Positions 1 through 9,274 of a stretch of DNA of 64,000 nt are shown piece by piece. This DNA comes from an uncultured Prochlorococcus sp. (GTDB lineage: Bacteria; Cyanobacteriota; Cyanobacteriia; PCC-6307; Cyanobiaceae): NCBI GenBank assembly GCA_902590355.1, contig CACIWI010000001.1, positions 1,723 through 65,722 of the forward strand, read 5' to 3'. The position numbers and the translations under genes are program-made. The first letter of the stretch is position 1; the number at the start of each line of letters is the position of its first letter. The notes beneath the pieces are model-generated. The model was not told where the DNA came from. It was given only the letters and a program-made list of their open reading frames with translations, and did not search any database.

Positions 1-264
1 TTCTGTAAGATTAGGATTGAACCATGTATTTGTTATTCCATTCAGAATTGTATAAATAGCTTGGATTATTAGTGCCTGTTCAAATTTCCACCCTCCAATA
101 TATCCATTATTTTGAAAGAAAATAGATAATAGAAAAATACTCCCTACTAAACTTAAAATTGCAGTAATTAAATCAATTAAAATATTCGTTTTATATTCCA
201 ATTCAGAAGCTAAAGAGGTATGTAAGAATTTTTTATAAACTTTTAGATATTTTCTTAAATTCAT
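1..264 (-). CDS. ABC-2 type transporter permease (5' part only; runs off window)
   Basis: ATG at 264 overlaps the upstream permease stop; reads MNLRKYLKVYKKFLHTSLASELEYK, then hydrophobic; third gene of the ABC operon. Confidence 0.8.
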   Translation of the reverse strand, partial: MNLRKYLKVYKKFLHTSLASELEYKTNILIDLITAILSLVGSIFLLSIFFQNNGYIGGWKFEQALIIQAIYTILNGITNTWFNPNLTE

Positions 265-1055
265 GATCCCATTGCTGTATATTTTTTCGTTCCTTCAGAC
301 CAGATTTTCTTAAATAATGGGAAAAGTAAAAATATCCATAGAATTTGCATACTTAAGCCTCCAATAATATTTGTTTTATTACCTGACAGTAAGTTCGCAG
401 GGAAATCAATTAGATATGGAAAAGGAGTCAAATAAATCCAAGATTTTACATATGCTGGGAAAGAAACTACTGGTGCTAAAAGGCCTGAGAGAAATAAAGT
501 TGGAATAAATAACAATCTTTCTATCGATGATGCTTTCTCTGTCCAGAAACAAAGACATGCAACTATTGACTGAATTAAAAATTGAATTAAGAAGGAAAAG
601 AAAGTAGAAACTAACGATAAGAGTAAAATACCTAAATTTGGTATCCATATACTATCTGGATTAAAAATAAAAAAGAAAAATGCGATTATTAGTGCGAAAG
701 GAAATCTTGTTATTTGTTCAGCAAGATGTTGTGCAAAATATCTGAAAAATGGATTTAAAGGTTGAATTAAATATGGAGATACTTTCCCCATAAGAGAATC
801 CTCCTCAAAACTAAATACAACCCAAACTACAGAAAACTGTCTTACAAAAAAAGCACATAAGAAATACCTAGAAAGCATAACATCGCTAATGTTTATGGAT
901 TCATTTAGATTATTATTTGTCCAAATATTTAACATGAAAAAAGGAATAATCCCTGAAATTGCCCATAATGCAATTTCTACCCTGTATTCCAACATGTTTG
1001 AATATTGGACTTTTAATAAGGTGAATATTTTGCGTTTAATCAAATTAGATATCAT
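261..1055 (-). CDS. ABC-2 type transporter permease
   Basis: 264 aa multi-TM protein with LFLSGLLAP..FP motif; downstream of ABC ATPase. Confidence 0.85.
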   Translation of the reverse strand: MISNLIKRKIFTLLKVQYSNMLEYRVEIALWAISGIIPFFMLNIWTNNNLNESINISDVMLSRYFLCAFFVRQFSVVWVVFSFEEDSLMGKVSPYLIQPLNPFFRYFAQHLAEQITRFPFALIIAFFFFIFNPDSIWIPNLGILLLSLVSTFFSFLIQFLIQSIVACLCFWTEKASSIERLLFIPTLFLSGLLAPVVSFPAYVKSWIYLTPFPYLIDFPANLLSGNKTNIIGGLSMQILWIFLLFPLFKKIWSEGTKKYTAMGS

Positions 1056-2040
1056 AATCTTTTTTGATTAATATCTTCCCTATAACTTCATCTATAGGTG
1101 GTTCATTTATAAAAAGGTCTACAATATCAAAATTATTTAGGATAGTTTTTAGAGAAGAGGTAATAGAGTTGTTTTCAATTTTTATAGTGATTTCATTCTT
1201 TATTTTATTTTTAACAGTAAACCCGGAATTTTCTAATTTAATTGCATCCTCTTCTGAGCGACAAACTATTAATATTTCTTTAACAGGAGAAAGTTTTTTT
1301 AATAACAATTCAAGTTTCCCATCATATGATATCGCCCCTTCGTGCACACATATAACTCTCTTGCATAGTGATGTAATATCTTTCATGTAATGACTTGTTA
1401 GGCATATCGTTGCATTAGTTTCCTTATTATATTTTTGAAGGAATTCTCTTAAATTTCTCTGTGCATTAATATCTAATCCAAGTGTCGGCTCGTCTAAAAA
1501 TAGAATATTTGGTTCATGTATCAAAGCTGCTAGTAATTCTGATTTCATACGCTGCCCTAGTGAAAGTTTTCTAACAGGTATGAAAAGCTCTTCATCAATT
1601 TCAAGCATTTCCGAAAGTTTTTTTATTCTCTTTTTAGCTTCGAACTTATCTAAGTCATATATTGATGCATTCAAATAGAATGATTCAATTGGTGGAAGAT
1701 CCCATATAAGCTGTTGCTTTTGTCCCATTATTAAGGTGATATTCTTTAGGAAATTTTCTTTTCTCCTGAAAGGTAAATAGCCTGAAACCAAAATCGAACC
1801 TTCACTTGGATAAATTAAGCCACAAAGCATTTTTAATATTGTTGTTTTCCCAGCTCCATTAGCACCTAGGAAACCTACTATTTCTCCTTGTTTAATTTCA
1901 AAACTTATATCTTTTATAACTTTTAAACTTTTTGTTTGTCTTCTAAAAAAATGTTTAATTGTCCCTTTTAAGCCTGGTTCTTTGAGAGAGATATCAAATG
2001 ACTTAGATAAATTTTTTACATCGATAATATTTTGTACCAT
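1045..2040 (-). CDS. ABC transporter ATP-binding protein
   Basis: Walker A GANGAGKT, signature LSLGQ, Walker B LFLDEPT. Confidence 0.95.
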   Translation of the reverse strand: MVQNIIDVKNLSKSFDISLKEPGLKGTIKHFFRRQTKSLKVIKDISFEIKQGEIVGFLGANGAGKTTILKMLCGLIYPSEGSILVSGYLPFRRKENFLKNITLIMGQKQQLIWDLPPIESFYLNASIYDLDKFEAKKRIKKLSEMLEIDEELFIPVRKLSLGQRMKSELLAALIHEPNILFLDEPTLGLDINAQRNLREFLQKYNKETNATICLTSHYMKDITSLCKRVICVHEGAISYDGKLELLLKKLSPVKEILIVCRSEEDAIKLENSGFTVKNKIKNEITIKIENNSITSSLKTILNNFDIVDLFINEPPIDEVIGKILIKKDYDI

Positions 2041-2117
2041 TTAAATTTTTAATTACTGAAATTTACTATTTAAATAAATTGTTAAATTAATTTTATTTTA
2101 GAAAATTTTTTAACCAA

Positions 2118-2507
2118 TCAAAAAATATCTTTAAACGATACAAACAGCCAGATAAAAAAGTTAATTGGATTAAGTAACTCGCTTAAGTTATTTTTATTTT
2201 CATAATTTAATCCTCTTAAAAAATCAAATATAAAATTAATATTCTCTTGCTTATCATAATTTTTCTTTATTACATTACCATTTTCGTCGAGAAGATCAAT
2301 TTCATCCTCAAAAAACCATTTCTCTTGTCCATTAGATAGTTGCAAGACAACTCCAATACCTTTGCCATCAGTTATTCTGAAATCACTTACCTTTCCTAAT
2401 GAAGAAACATTAATTGCATCAATAGTTTCTTTGTTAAGTCTATCCTTAGATAGTTCTAGGTTAACTTGAACATAATTTCCTAACTTAACCTTATCTAAAA
2501 TTGACAT
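2118..2507 (-). CDS. petP: cytochrome b6f subunit PetP-like (DUF2862)
   Basis: FRITDGKGIGVVLQLSNG..WFFEDEI motif. Confidence 0.7.
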   Translation of the reverse strand: MSILDKVKLGNYVQVNLELSKDRLNKETIDAINVSSLGKVSDFRITDGKGIGVVLQLSNGQEKWFFEDEIDLLDENGNVIKKNYDKQENINFIFDFLRGLNYENKNNLSELLNPINFFIWLFVSFKDIF

Positions 2508-2577
2508 TTTTAGGTTATTATACTTATTGATAAAGGATTTATGCGATTAATTTAGAATTATTGTTTTTTTTCAATAA

Positions 2578-2724
2578 TTAAGTTTTTTTGAAAACAGCTT
2601 CAAGGATTCTCTTTATTGAAATTGTTAATACTCTCAAAAATACAAAAAACAGACCTAACCAACCTAATATGACAGCTATTGATAACATGCTTGAACCTAA
2701 ATCTCGCTGTAGCAAATTCTGCAT
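2578..2724 (-). CDS. small single-TM hypothetical protein (48 aa)
   Basis: Hand-translated MQNLLQRDLGSSMLSIAVILGWLGLFFVFLRVL... Confidence 0.55.
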   Translation of the reverse strand: MQNLLQRDLGSSMLSIAVILGWLGLFFVFLRVLTISIKRILEAVFKKT

Positions 2725-3045
2725 ATAAATTTTTAAATTAGATAAATTTTACTCTACATTATTTAATAACTTATTAAAGATGTAAATGTTCAAAATTCAG
2801 ATTTTTTTAAATTCTTTTTTTTTGACGTATTTAATAGATATGATTTGTGAGTTAAAATTTGGATAGAAATTAATTTAATATTTTGGACCTATCTTTGAAT
2901 TCATATATTGGAATACTTTTTATCATTACTGGATTATTAGTTAGAGTTGACTTGAAATTTTCTATTCAAAAAGATCTCAAATAATTTTTAATAAACTCTT
3001 TTTAGTTAAGAATTTATAATTTTTATTTTTATAATTGCTGTAACT

Positions 3046-3133
3046 ATTGCAAATACTAAAAAAGCAGCTATGAAGCTGCTTCTAAATGGTGTCGGGGGGA
3101 GATTTGAACTTCCGACCTTCGGGTTATGAGCCC
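3046..3133 (-). repeat. distal att site: degenerate copy of tRNA-Met 3' half plus terminator
   Basis: Colinear with 22712-22800 with about 6 differences; identity stops at the 5' side of the anticodon stem. Confidence 0.92.
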
Positions 3134-3181
3134 TACTTATTTTCCTTGTAAACCATTGATGGCAATGGTTTTGACTTCTGA

Positions 3182-3303
3182 TGTTACACGGCTTGTTACA
3201 CCACCTTTAACAGTTTTTCGATGTTACACGTGTAACACCTACAGTTTAAAATTAACAGATATATCAAGTGATTTTAAGTATACCAATATTACACGTGTAA
3301 CAA
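3182..3303. repeat. TGTTACAC repeats, putative integrase arm-type sites (distal end)
   Basis: TGTTACAC at 3182, 3194 and 3222; palindrome TGTTACACGTGTAACA 3222-3237; near copy at about 3288-3302; same motif at 22611 and 22623. Confidence 0.75.
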
Positions 3304-3539
3304 AATCAGGCAATTTTCTTTAACCCGAAAAAATTCGGGTTGATAAATATTCTGTCTTTATTTGAGAATAATGTAGTAATAAATACCTGCAAAAATCAAT
3401 TTGATCGTTTATGACTAACTCCTACGAGTGAACCCGTTCCAATTTGTTTACTCTGAGGTTTTACCGTTGATTCCTTATCTCAAGCAGTAGATCTCCTACT
3501 CCTGATAGATTTAAAAACGGTTTTCATTTAATTTAAACT

Positions 3540-3665
3540 ATGAAAAAGAAAATCGTAAAGAAATATGAAGACCTTATACTCCAAGTTAATAATGCTACTG
3601 GAAGAAAAGAAGCGGTGGCTTTAATCCATAAAGCAGCAAAGTTAAAAACTAAATTCGATAGCTAG
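3540..3665 (+). CDS. small hypothetical protein (41 aa)
   Basis: MKKKIVKKYEDLILQVNNATGRKEAVALIHKAAKLKTKFDS; resembles small Prochlorococcus island proteins. Confidence 0.55.
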   Translation: MKKKIVKKYEDLILQVNNATGRKEAVALIHKAAKLKTKFDS

Positions 3666-3795
3666 GAGATGACTTAGTCTGTTATAGATTGACATTTGAT
3701 CTAAAATAATTCCTTAAGCAGAAGTTTTCATTTCAAGATCCTTAACTCAATTTTAAATACTATATCCTAGAAATAATTTTAGATTTATTAATCAA

Positions 3796-4134
3796 ATGAA
3801 TACTTATTTTGTAACTGCAACTTTTAAAAATGTTGCTCTTATGGGTGCAGCTTACGATCTTTTTTTAAAGGTTGTTGAAGATGGAACTTTGAATGATGAG
3901 TTTGAAGGATTTAAAGTTTTGGGGAGGTATCATGCCTCTTACTCAAATAATGTTTATATTATTGTCCAGGCTTCAGCAGGTATAAAAATGACAGAACACT
4001 TCGCTCCTTGGAAAGTTAAGTTTGATATAGATTTTGATATCAAGCCAGTTATGACTGACGATGAAAAAGTTGCTGAGCATAAGCTTGTTGGTTCATTAAT
4101 GGCAGCAGAACAGAAAATGGGATTCTCAGGGTAA
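3796..4134 (+). CDS. DUF3303-like protein
   Basis: GFKVLGRYH...HFAPW...DIKPVMTDDE pattern. Confidence 0.65.
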   Translation: MNTYFVTATFKNVALMGAAYDLFLKVVEDGTLNDEFEGFKVLGRYHASYSNNVYIIVQASAGIKMTEHFAPWKVKFDIDFDIKPVMTDDEKVAEHKLVGSLMAAEQKMGFSG

Positions 4135-4210
4135 TTATTTTTTAGAGATTTAGATTATGAATATATAATCCTATCTTGAAAGAGACTTGGGAAATAGCAT
4201 GCACAAAAGA

Positions 4211-5179
4211 ATGAAACGCTTACTACTTCCACTACTAGCTGCTCTCGCTATAAATTCTCAACCTGTTCTTACGAATGAAGATAGAGCGAACTTTTCAGAG
4301 GCTGAAATAATTAAAGTAAATAATAAAAATATAGAAGTAATTAAATTTAAAGTGCCTGATAAGAAGTTTCCAGATAGAAATGATGTTTTAGCTCAAATTC
4401 ATTTTCCAAAATATTACAAGAATAAAAAATTATCCCTAATTATTCACCAACATGGAAGTAATAGAGATGGTTTAAGGTTCGAGAAATGGGGAGGTAGAAC
4501 AGACGAATGGGGGAGAAGGTTAGTAGAAAAAGCTTTAGAAAGAGGTTATGCGATAGCTTTGCTTGATTCTTTTTATAAAAGAAAGTTAAAACCTTCAGAT
4601 AAAGGAAAGTTTCCAAACGGTATTTTGATTAGTGAAAAACTTAACTCGATACTATCTAAGGATGAAAGATTTGATAAATCAAAAATTTTTTACTCTGGTT
4701 TTAGTTATGGTGCAAGTCAAGTATTGAAGCTTCAAGACAAAAGGGCAAACAGCGATTTATTTAAAGCAGCAGTGGCTGCAGAACCTGGATGTAACAAAGT
4801 TTCTTTTCCATTCAAATCTAATATAAAAACTTTAATAATTAAAGGTGAGGACAGCCATTATAACCCCATCGCATGCGAATATTATTATAATCTTGTTAAA
4901 GAAACAGGAAATCAAATTGAATATGTATCTATACCGAAAGTAAATCATTTCTTCAGCTTAAACGGATCAATTGGAAAAGGAATAGCAGTTAATGGATGCT
5001 CAGAAAATATAGTAATACAGTATCCAGATCGAACATTCAAACTTGCAGATGGAACATCAATCAATAAAAAAGAAGCTCAAAGAAGGTGTTTAACAAAGGA
5101 GTCGGGTGAAGGTACGACAAGAGAGAAATTGGATGAAGCAATAAATATATCGCTTAATTATTTTGATAAGTACAACTAA
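4211..5179 (+). CDS. secreted dienelactone-hydrolase-like alpha/beta hydrolase
   Basis: MKRLLLPLLAAL signal peptide (ATG 4211), HQHGS, nucleophile elbow GFSYG, candidate catalytic His in VNHFF. Confidence 0.75.
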   Translation: MKRLLLPLLAALAINSQPVLTNEDRANFSEAEIIKVNNKNIEVIKFKVPDKKFPDRNDVLAQIHFPKYYKNKKLSLIIHQHGSNRDGLRFEKWGGRTDEWGRRLVEKALERGYAIALLDSFYKRKLKPSDKGKFPNGILISEKLNSILSKDERFDKSKIFYSGFSYGASQVLKLQDKRANSDLFKAAVAAEPGCNKVSFPFKSNIKTLIIKGEDSHYNPIACEYYYNLVKETGNQIEYVSIPKVNHFFSLNGSIGKGIAVNGCSENIVIQYPDRTFKLADGTSINKKEAQRRCLTKESGEGTTREKLDEAINISLNYFDKYN

Positions 5180-5276
5180 AAAGCTTGTTACTTGCCTGAA
5201 AAACCAGAGGGAGAGAATATTGCTCAGTTCTGATTTTAAAACTAAATTAAGTAAATAAAAATTGCGACTTTATAAG

Positions 5277-5318
5277 ACCTATAAACTCATTAATTTAGTG
5301 AGTTTATAGGTTTTTTAT
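5277..5318 (+). terminator. intrinsic terminator
   Basis: ACCTATAAACTCA...TGAGTTTATAGGT hairpin plus T tract after the hydrolase gene. Confidence 0.75.
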
Positions 5319-5422
5319 ATTTCAAACCTAAGTTTTTATATCTTTGCAATCTCATAAATGGTTAATAAGCTGTTCGTATAGAGGATATGATTATTAGGGA
5401 AATAATCCAAGTAACAGTCGAT

Positions 5423-5581
5423 TTACTGTAATGGATAATTTAAATAAGCATATTTGTACATTTTCCTATAATCATCATGCAATCTTTCAGTTGCTAACTT
5501 TCTATTTTCCATTCCATCTCTAATCAAATCCATTTCATGGAAGTTTTGATTTAGGATTGTGAAAGGAGTAATGAGTTTCAT
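5423..5581 (-). CDS. small hypothetical protein (52 aa, MKLITPF...)
   Basis: Hand-translated; AGGAGG RBS; preceded by the conserved 33-bp element. Confidence 0.55.
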   Translation of the reverse strand: MKLITPFTILNQNFHEMDLIRDGMENRKLATERLHDDYRKMYKYAYLNYPLQ

Positions 5582-5787
5582 AAAACCTCCTGTATCTACA
5601 CCTTTATTGTCCTCCTATTGTTATTAAATTAATAGAGCGGTTTGAGGAACAATTAGGTACGGGAAGAGGACTAAATTTTCGACTAGATTGTTAAATTGCT
5701 TGGAGTAGTTTCTGACGCTTCTACTGCTTTCTTTCCTTTAGCTATTTTTCTCTATTGCCATGTTCCTTAATGTTGTTAGCTTGGGAC

Positions 5788-5997
5788 ATGAAGAATCCTT
5801 TAAAATCATTTCTAAATCTTTTCAATTCCAAGGAAAAGAATAACCTTATGACAATAGAAGAGCTAAGAGATCTAAAGCTTCGGACAGAAAAAATTGAAAA
5901 GGCAATAAAATCTAGAGCTCACATATCAGAAATAAATCAAAGGTATAACAAGATGAAGGATCGTAACAGAAAGAACTTTTTAAAAAAAGCTTCATAA
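5788..5997 (+). CDS. small basic hypothetical protein
   Basis: ORF track 5755-5997; likely start MKNPLKS. Confidence 0.45.
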   Translation: MKNPLKSFLNLFNSKEKNNLMTIEELRDLKLRTEKIEKAIKSRAHISEINQRYNKMKDRNRKNFLKKAS

Positions 5998-6106
5998 TAT
6001 TTGTTAGTTATTCAATTAATTTGCATTATTGATGTAATTGCATTTGATAGAAAATGACAATTCCTCCATGTTTTGTAGTGTGTTAAATAGAAGGGTTGGT
6101 AGCCTA

Positions 6107-7096
6107 ATGTTGAAACACTTGATAAACATTCTGACTTTCTTATATGTCTCAGCACTTACTTCACCTTTGAAAGCAGACACAACATGGCAAGAACTGATAG
6201 CAGGCACAGGTTCAGGCAACAGCAAGATCATCGCTTTGCCTGACACAGTTCTCGAAGGTAAGAATATGCGTATGAATCACTGGGACTCTTGTTGGAGAAA
6301 AGGTGATGGTCCGGATCACTGTTTGATGCTAACTGATGAAGTAGCTAGACTGGACGGAACTTCTATTAAATTTGAATCGCATCCTGGAGACTGCGGACTT
6401 TACAAGAGATCATTCTCAAGCAAGAACGATTGGAATAATTGTTATGAAGGTGCTCGTAGGGTGTTCATAGGAACAAGGTATAGAGATTGGGGTAGCACAT
6501 GGCATACGTTCTCTGTATATATTCCTCAAGACTATGTGCATTCATATACGCCACTGATATTCAATCAGGTACATTCCAAAGGCAACGGCGCACACTACAG
6601 AATGGGAATCAATGCAGACGGCGATGTTAATGTGCAACTGAGATCATTTGGACACGACAAGAGATGTGTTGTGATCAGCAAGAAGAAATTAGGCAAGAAC
6701 ATCTGTGAGCTTCTAAACGAAGACAAAGGTTATTGGGATCCACCCACAATCAAGTTGGGCAATTATGCAGACTTCAAAGGTAAATGGATTGATGTGATTG
6801 TTAATGTGCCTAATCGCAAGAGTTTGAACATCTGGGCAAATGGTGTACAGATTGTGAACATGGAAAACACAATGCCATCTTCAAGTCTGGCTTCTACTAA
6901 CTTTGGAATATATGAGCCACAGATAAACACAGGACACAAACAGAACATGGAATGGAGTTATGATGAAGCAGATTCTGTACAGGTTCTCTACATAGACGAG
7001 ATAAGATTTACCAAGAAATGCGAACAGCTAAAACTGGCAGATCTAGGCTACTCATGTAGCCAGCTTGCTATGCAAGGCATAGCAAATAATCAATAA
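6107..7096 (+). CDS. secreted polysaccharide-lyase-like (beta-jelly-roll) protein
   Basis: Signal peptide from ATG 6107; W.TFSVYIP, FNQVH, GKWIDVIV, NIWANG, NFGIY and LYIDEIR blocks typical of the heparin-lyase/Polysacc_lyase fold; visibly higher GC than flanks. Confidence 0.6.
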   Translation: MLKHLINILTFLYVSALTSPLKADTTWQELIAGTGSGNSKIIALPDTVLEGKNMRMNHWDSCWRKGDGPDHCLMLTDEVARLDGTSIKFESHPGDCGLYKRSFSSKNDWNNCYEGARRVFIGTRYRDWGSTWHTFSVYIPQDYVHSYTPLIFNQVHSKGNGAHYRMGINADGDVNVQLRSFGHDKRCVVISKKKLGKNICELLNEDKGYWDPPTIKLGNYADFKGKWIDVIVNVPNRKSLNIWANGVQIVNMENTMPSSSLASTNFGIYEPQINTGHKQNMEWSYDEADSVQVLYIDEIRFTKKCEQLKLADLGYSCSQLAMQGIANNQ

Positions 7097-7213
7097 ATAA
7101 TGGCAAAGAGACAACATATTGCTCCCAAAGCAAGAGTCAGGATATATTATTTAAAATTGAGTTAAAGATCTTGAATTGAATACTTGTACTATGGAACTTT
7201 TAAATCCGAAAGT

Positions 7214-7438
7214 CTATGGCATTGCTTTTATAATGAGCCTATTGCATTGCCATATGTAATCTTCAGTACCCATTCTTTTCTGCAACTGTTTTTTTGTTAA
7301 GTCTCTTCCTTCTAAACAAGTTAATTTTTTGTAATCAAGTTTTGCTGAAGTCTTTAAACTACCTGCAATAGAGAGCAAATTAAGAGCAATAATCGCTAAT
7401 AAGATGCTCATTGGATACTTTTTCAGGAAATCAAGCAT
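7214..7438 (-). CDS. small membrane-anchored hypothetical protein
   Basis: 74 aa ORF with N-terminal hydrophobic helix. Confidence 0.5.
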   Translation of the reverse strand: MLDFLKKYPMSILLAIIALNLLSIAGSLKTSAKLDYKKLTCLEGRDLTKKQLQKRMGTEDYIWQCNRLIIKAMP

Positions 7439-7669
7439 AATTCGTCAACCCCTATTTAATAGTTATTTAGGATAATAAAAAGTATAAATAAGCTATGTTA
7501 AGACCTATTTAAAAGCTTATAGAACCTAAATAGCGAAACATAGAACCATATAAGAAAAAGCAAGAAAAACACCGTTAAGCAGAATTTGAGTCTGTAGCTT
7601 ATTCCCTCGACCCTATGCTTTTATTGATTGACAGTCAATCTACAATGAGAAGCAAGTTACTCTTTTTTC

Positions 7670-7948
7670 ATGTCTCTTGAAACTACTGTTTTCACTTTCA
7701 AAATTAGTGTCCCTTATGAAGAATGGGCTGCTGTTTATGACAGTGAAGAAAATATACAAATGATGAAAGAATCTGGAATGACTTGTTTATACAAAGGTGT
7801 AAATAAAGACGATCCAACCAGTGTAATTGTCATTGAGCAGGGTGAAGAAGGTAAAGCAATAGCTATGTTTAAAGATCCAGAAGTTAAACCATTAATTGAG
7901 AGTGCAGGTCATATTTATGATTCAACTGTTATTTCGAGCTACTTTTAA
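7670..7948 (+). CDS. DUF3764-like protein
   Basis: ETTVFTFKIS..YEEWAAVYDS...LYKGV.KDDP..VIVIEQ...IESAGH. Confidence 0.7.
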   Translation: MSLETTVFTFKISVPYEEWAAVYDSEENIQMMKESGMTCLYKGVNKDDPTSVIVIEQGEEGKAIAMFKDPEVKPLIESAGHIYDSTVISSYF

Positions 7949-8165
7949 TTGATTGTCGATCTAACCTCGACCCTACTTTATCTAATAAAGTACCTAAATT
8001 TTGTTTTTATATCCTAAATAAAATCTATTTTCATTAGCTGTTTTTTTATGAAACGCTTACTACTTGCATAGCTAAAAGCTAGTAACTGATTGTGAATCTA
8101 CATTAGAGAGTAAACAATCCTTTTTTTTGATGAGAAACAAATTTAAAAGATCTGCTTTTTTTGAT

Positions 8166-8273
8166 ATGTCTGATGACCTTTTCTATCGAATATCATTAAT
8201 AGGATTTTTAGTTGTTTTTAGCTCAATGGTATTTTTCCTAACGAAATATAGAGAAAAAAAGTTAATAATATAA
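8166..8273 (+). CDS. 35-aa single-TM peptide
   Basis: MSDDLFYRISLIGFLVVFSSMVFFLTKYREKKLII. Confidence 0.4.
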   Translation: MSDDLFYRISLIGFLVVFSSMVFFLTKYREKKLII

Positions 8274-8316
8274 GTAAGATTTCCATAACTGAACAAATTA
8301 AATTTTTAAAGCTTTA

Positions 8317-8673
8317 ATGAAACGATTTATAATTACGCCGTTATTTGCTTTATCTAGATTTTTTATAAATACCTACGGAATATTTTTAAAGTTTTTTCTT
8401 CAATTAAATGGAGGTTATTGGTCAAGAATTGGTTTATCCGAAAATATTACAGAGGAAAGAATTAAAAAAAGAAGATTATATATCTTGCCTTTTTATATTC
8501 TTCTGGCTTTATTATTCGGATTACTATCTACTTTATATTGGTATTTAGTGATTCTTCATGTACCACTAGCAATAAACAGTTATTTAAGTCCATTGAATAA
8601 GAATATTGCTTCAATACTTGCTTTTGCTACTTTCTTTGGTTGGCTTTATATTCTTTGTAAAACAAAAAAATAA
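8317..8673 (+). CDS. hypothetical membrane protein
   Basis: 118 aa ORF with hydrophobic segments. Confidence 0.55.
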   Translation: MKRFIITPLFALSRFFINTYGIFLKFFLQLNGGYWSRIGLSENITEERIKKRRLYILPFYILLALLFGLLSTLYWYLVILHVPLAINSYLSPLNKNIASILAFATFFGWLYILCKTKK

Positions 8674-9059
8674 ACTGCTTACCAAGAGATGATGTGGTCC
8701 GAGGATTAAAGATTTAATTAATCATGATTAAATCAATCTTAAGGATTCATGCAAAATATCTGTGACCGATTACTTTAATCATACGACAGTTCTGATGATC
8801 GACTCGACCAAGGTTGACCACCTAGATCTTCACTAATCCATGGTCTGCAATACCAAGGTAAATTAACTTATCTAACCATTACGGAAAGAAAGTTAAGTGA
8901 TCAGAAATTAAACTTTCGGGATTAATTCTGAACTATCTTAAAAATAAAGTCGTTTGTAAAGCATGAAGAAGTGAGTAATCACTTTTACTTTCAAAACTAA
9001 TTTCTAAGAAAATTCTTAATCTGATTATTAAATAGATCTCCTTTCTGTCGTCACCATTT

Positions 9060-9088
9060 AAAAAAGACCTCTAAAAGGGTCTTTTTTT
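9060..9088. terminator. bidirectional intrinsic terminator
   Basis: AAAAAAGACCT-ctaaa-AGGGTCTTTTTTT. Confidence 0.65.
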
Positions 9089-9274
9089 ATGTCTTAAATT
9101 TTATTGATTGACTGTTAATCCACAAATAACTAAATATTTTTATCTTGCTCTTTCGCGATCAGTTAATGCTTTTTCAAAAGTAGAAAAGAAAGTACAAATG
9201 CTATTCAATGCAACCAAAAAAAAACTACTGATCTTCCATGTTGATTTAATTGAAGTGATCTTTGAGTCATACTC

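Noticed and set aside
3087-3133. Second tRNA-Met gene
   Set aside because: No D arm or 5' acceptor strand; it is the att duplicate.
3126-3323. 65-aa ORF at the island end
   Set aside because: Overlaps the att copy and arm-type repeats; likely spurious.
7177-7192. LexA-like half site ACTTGTACTA
   Set aside because: Left half does not match and it lies between convergent gene ends.
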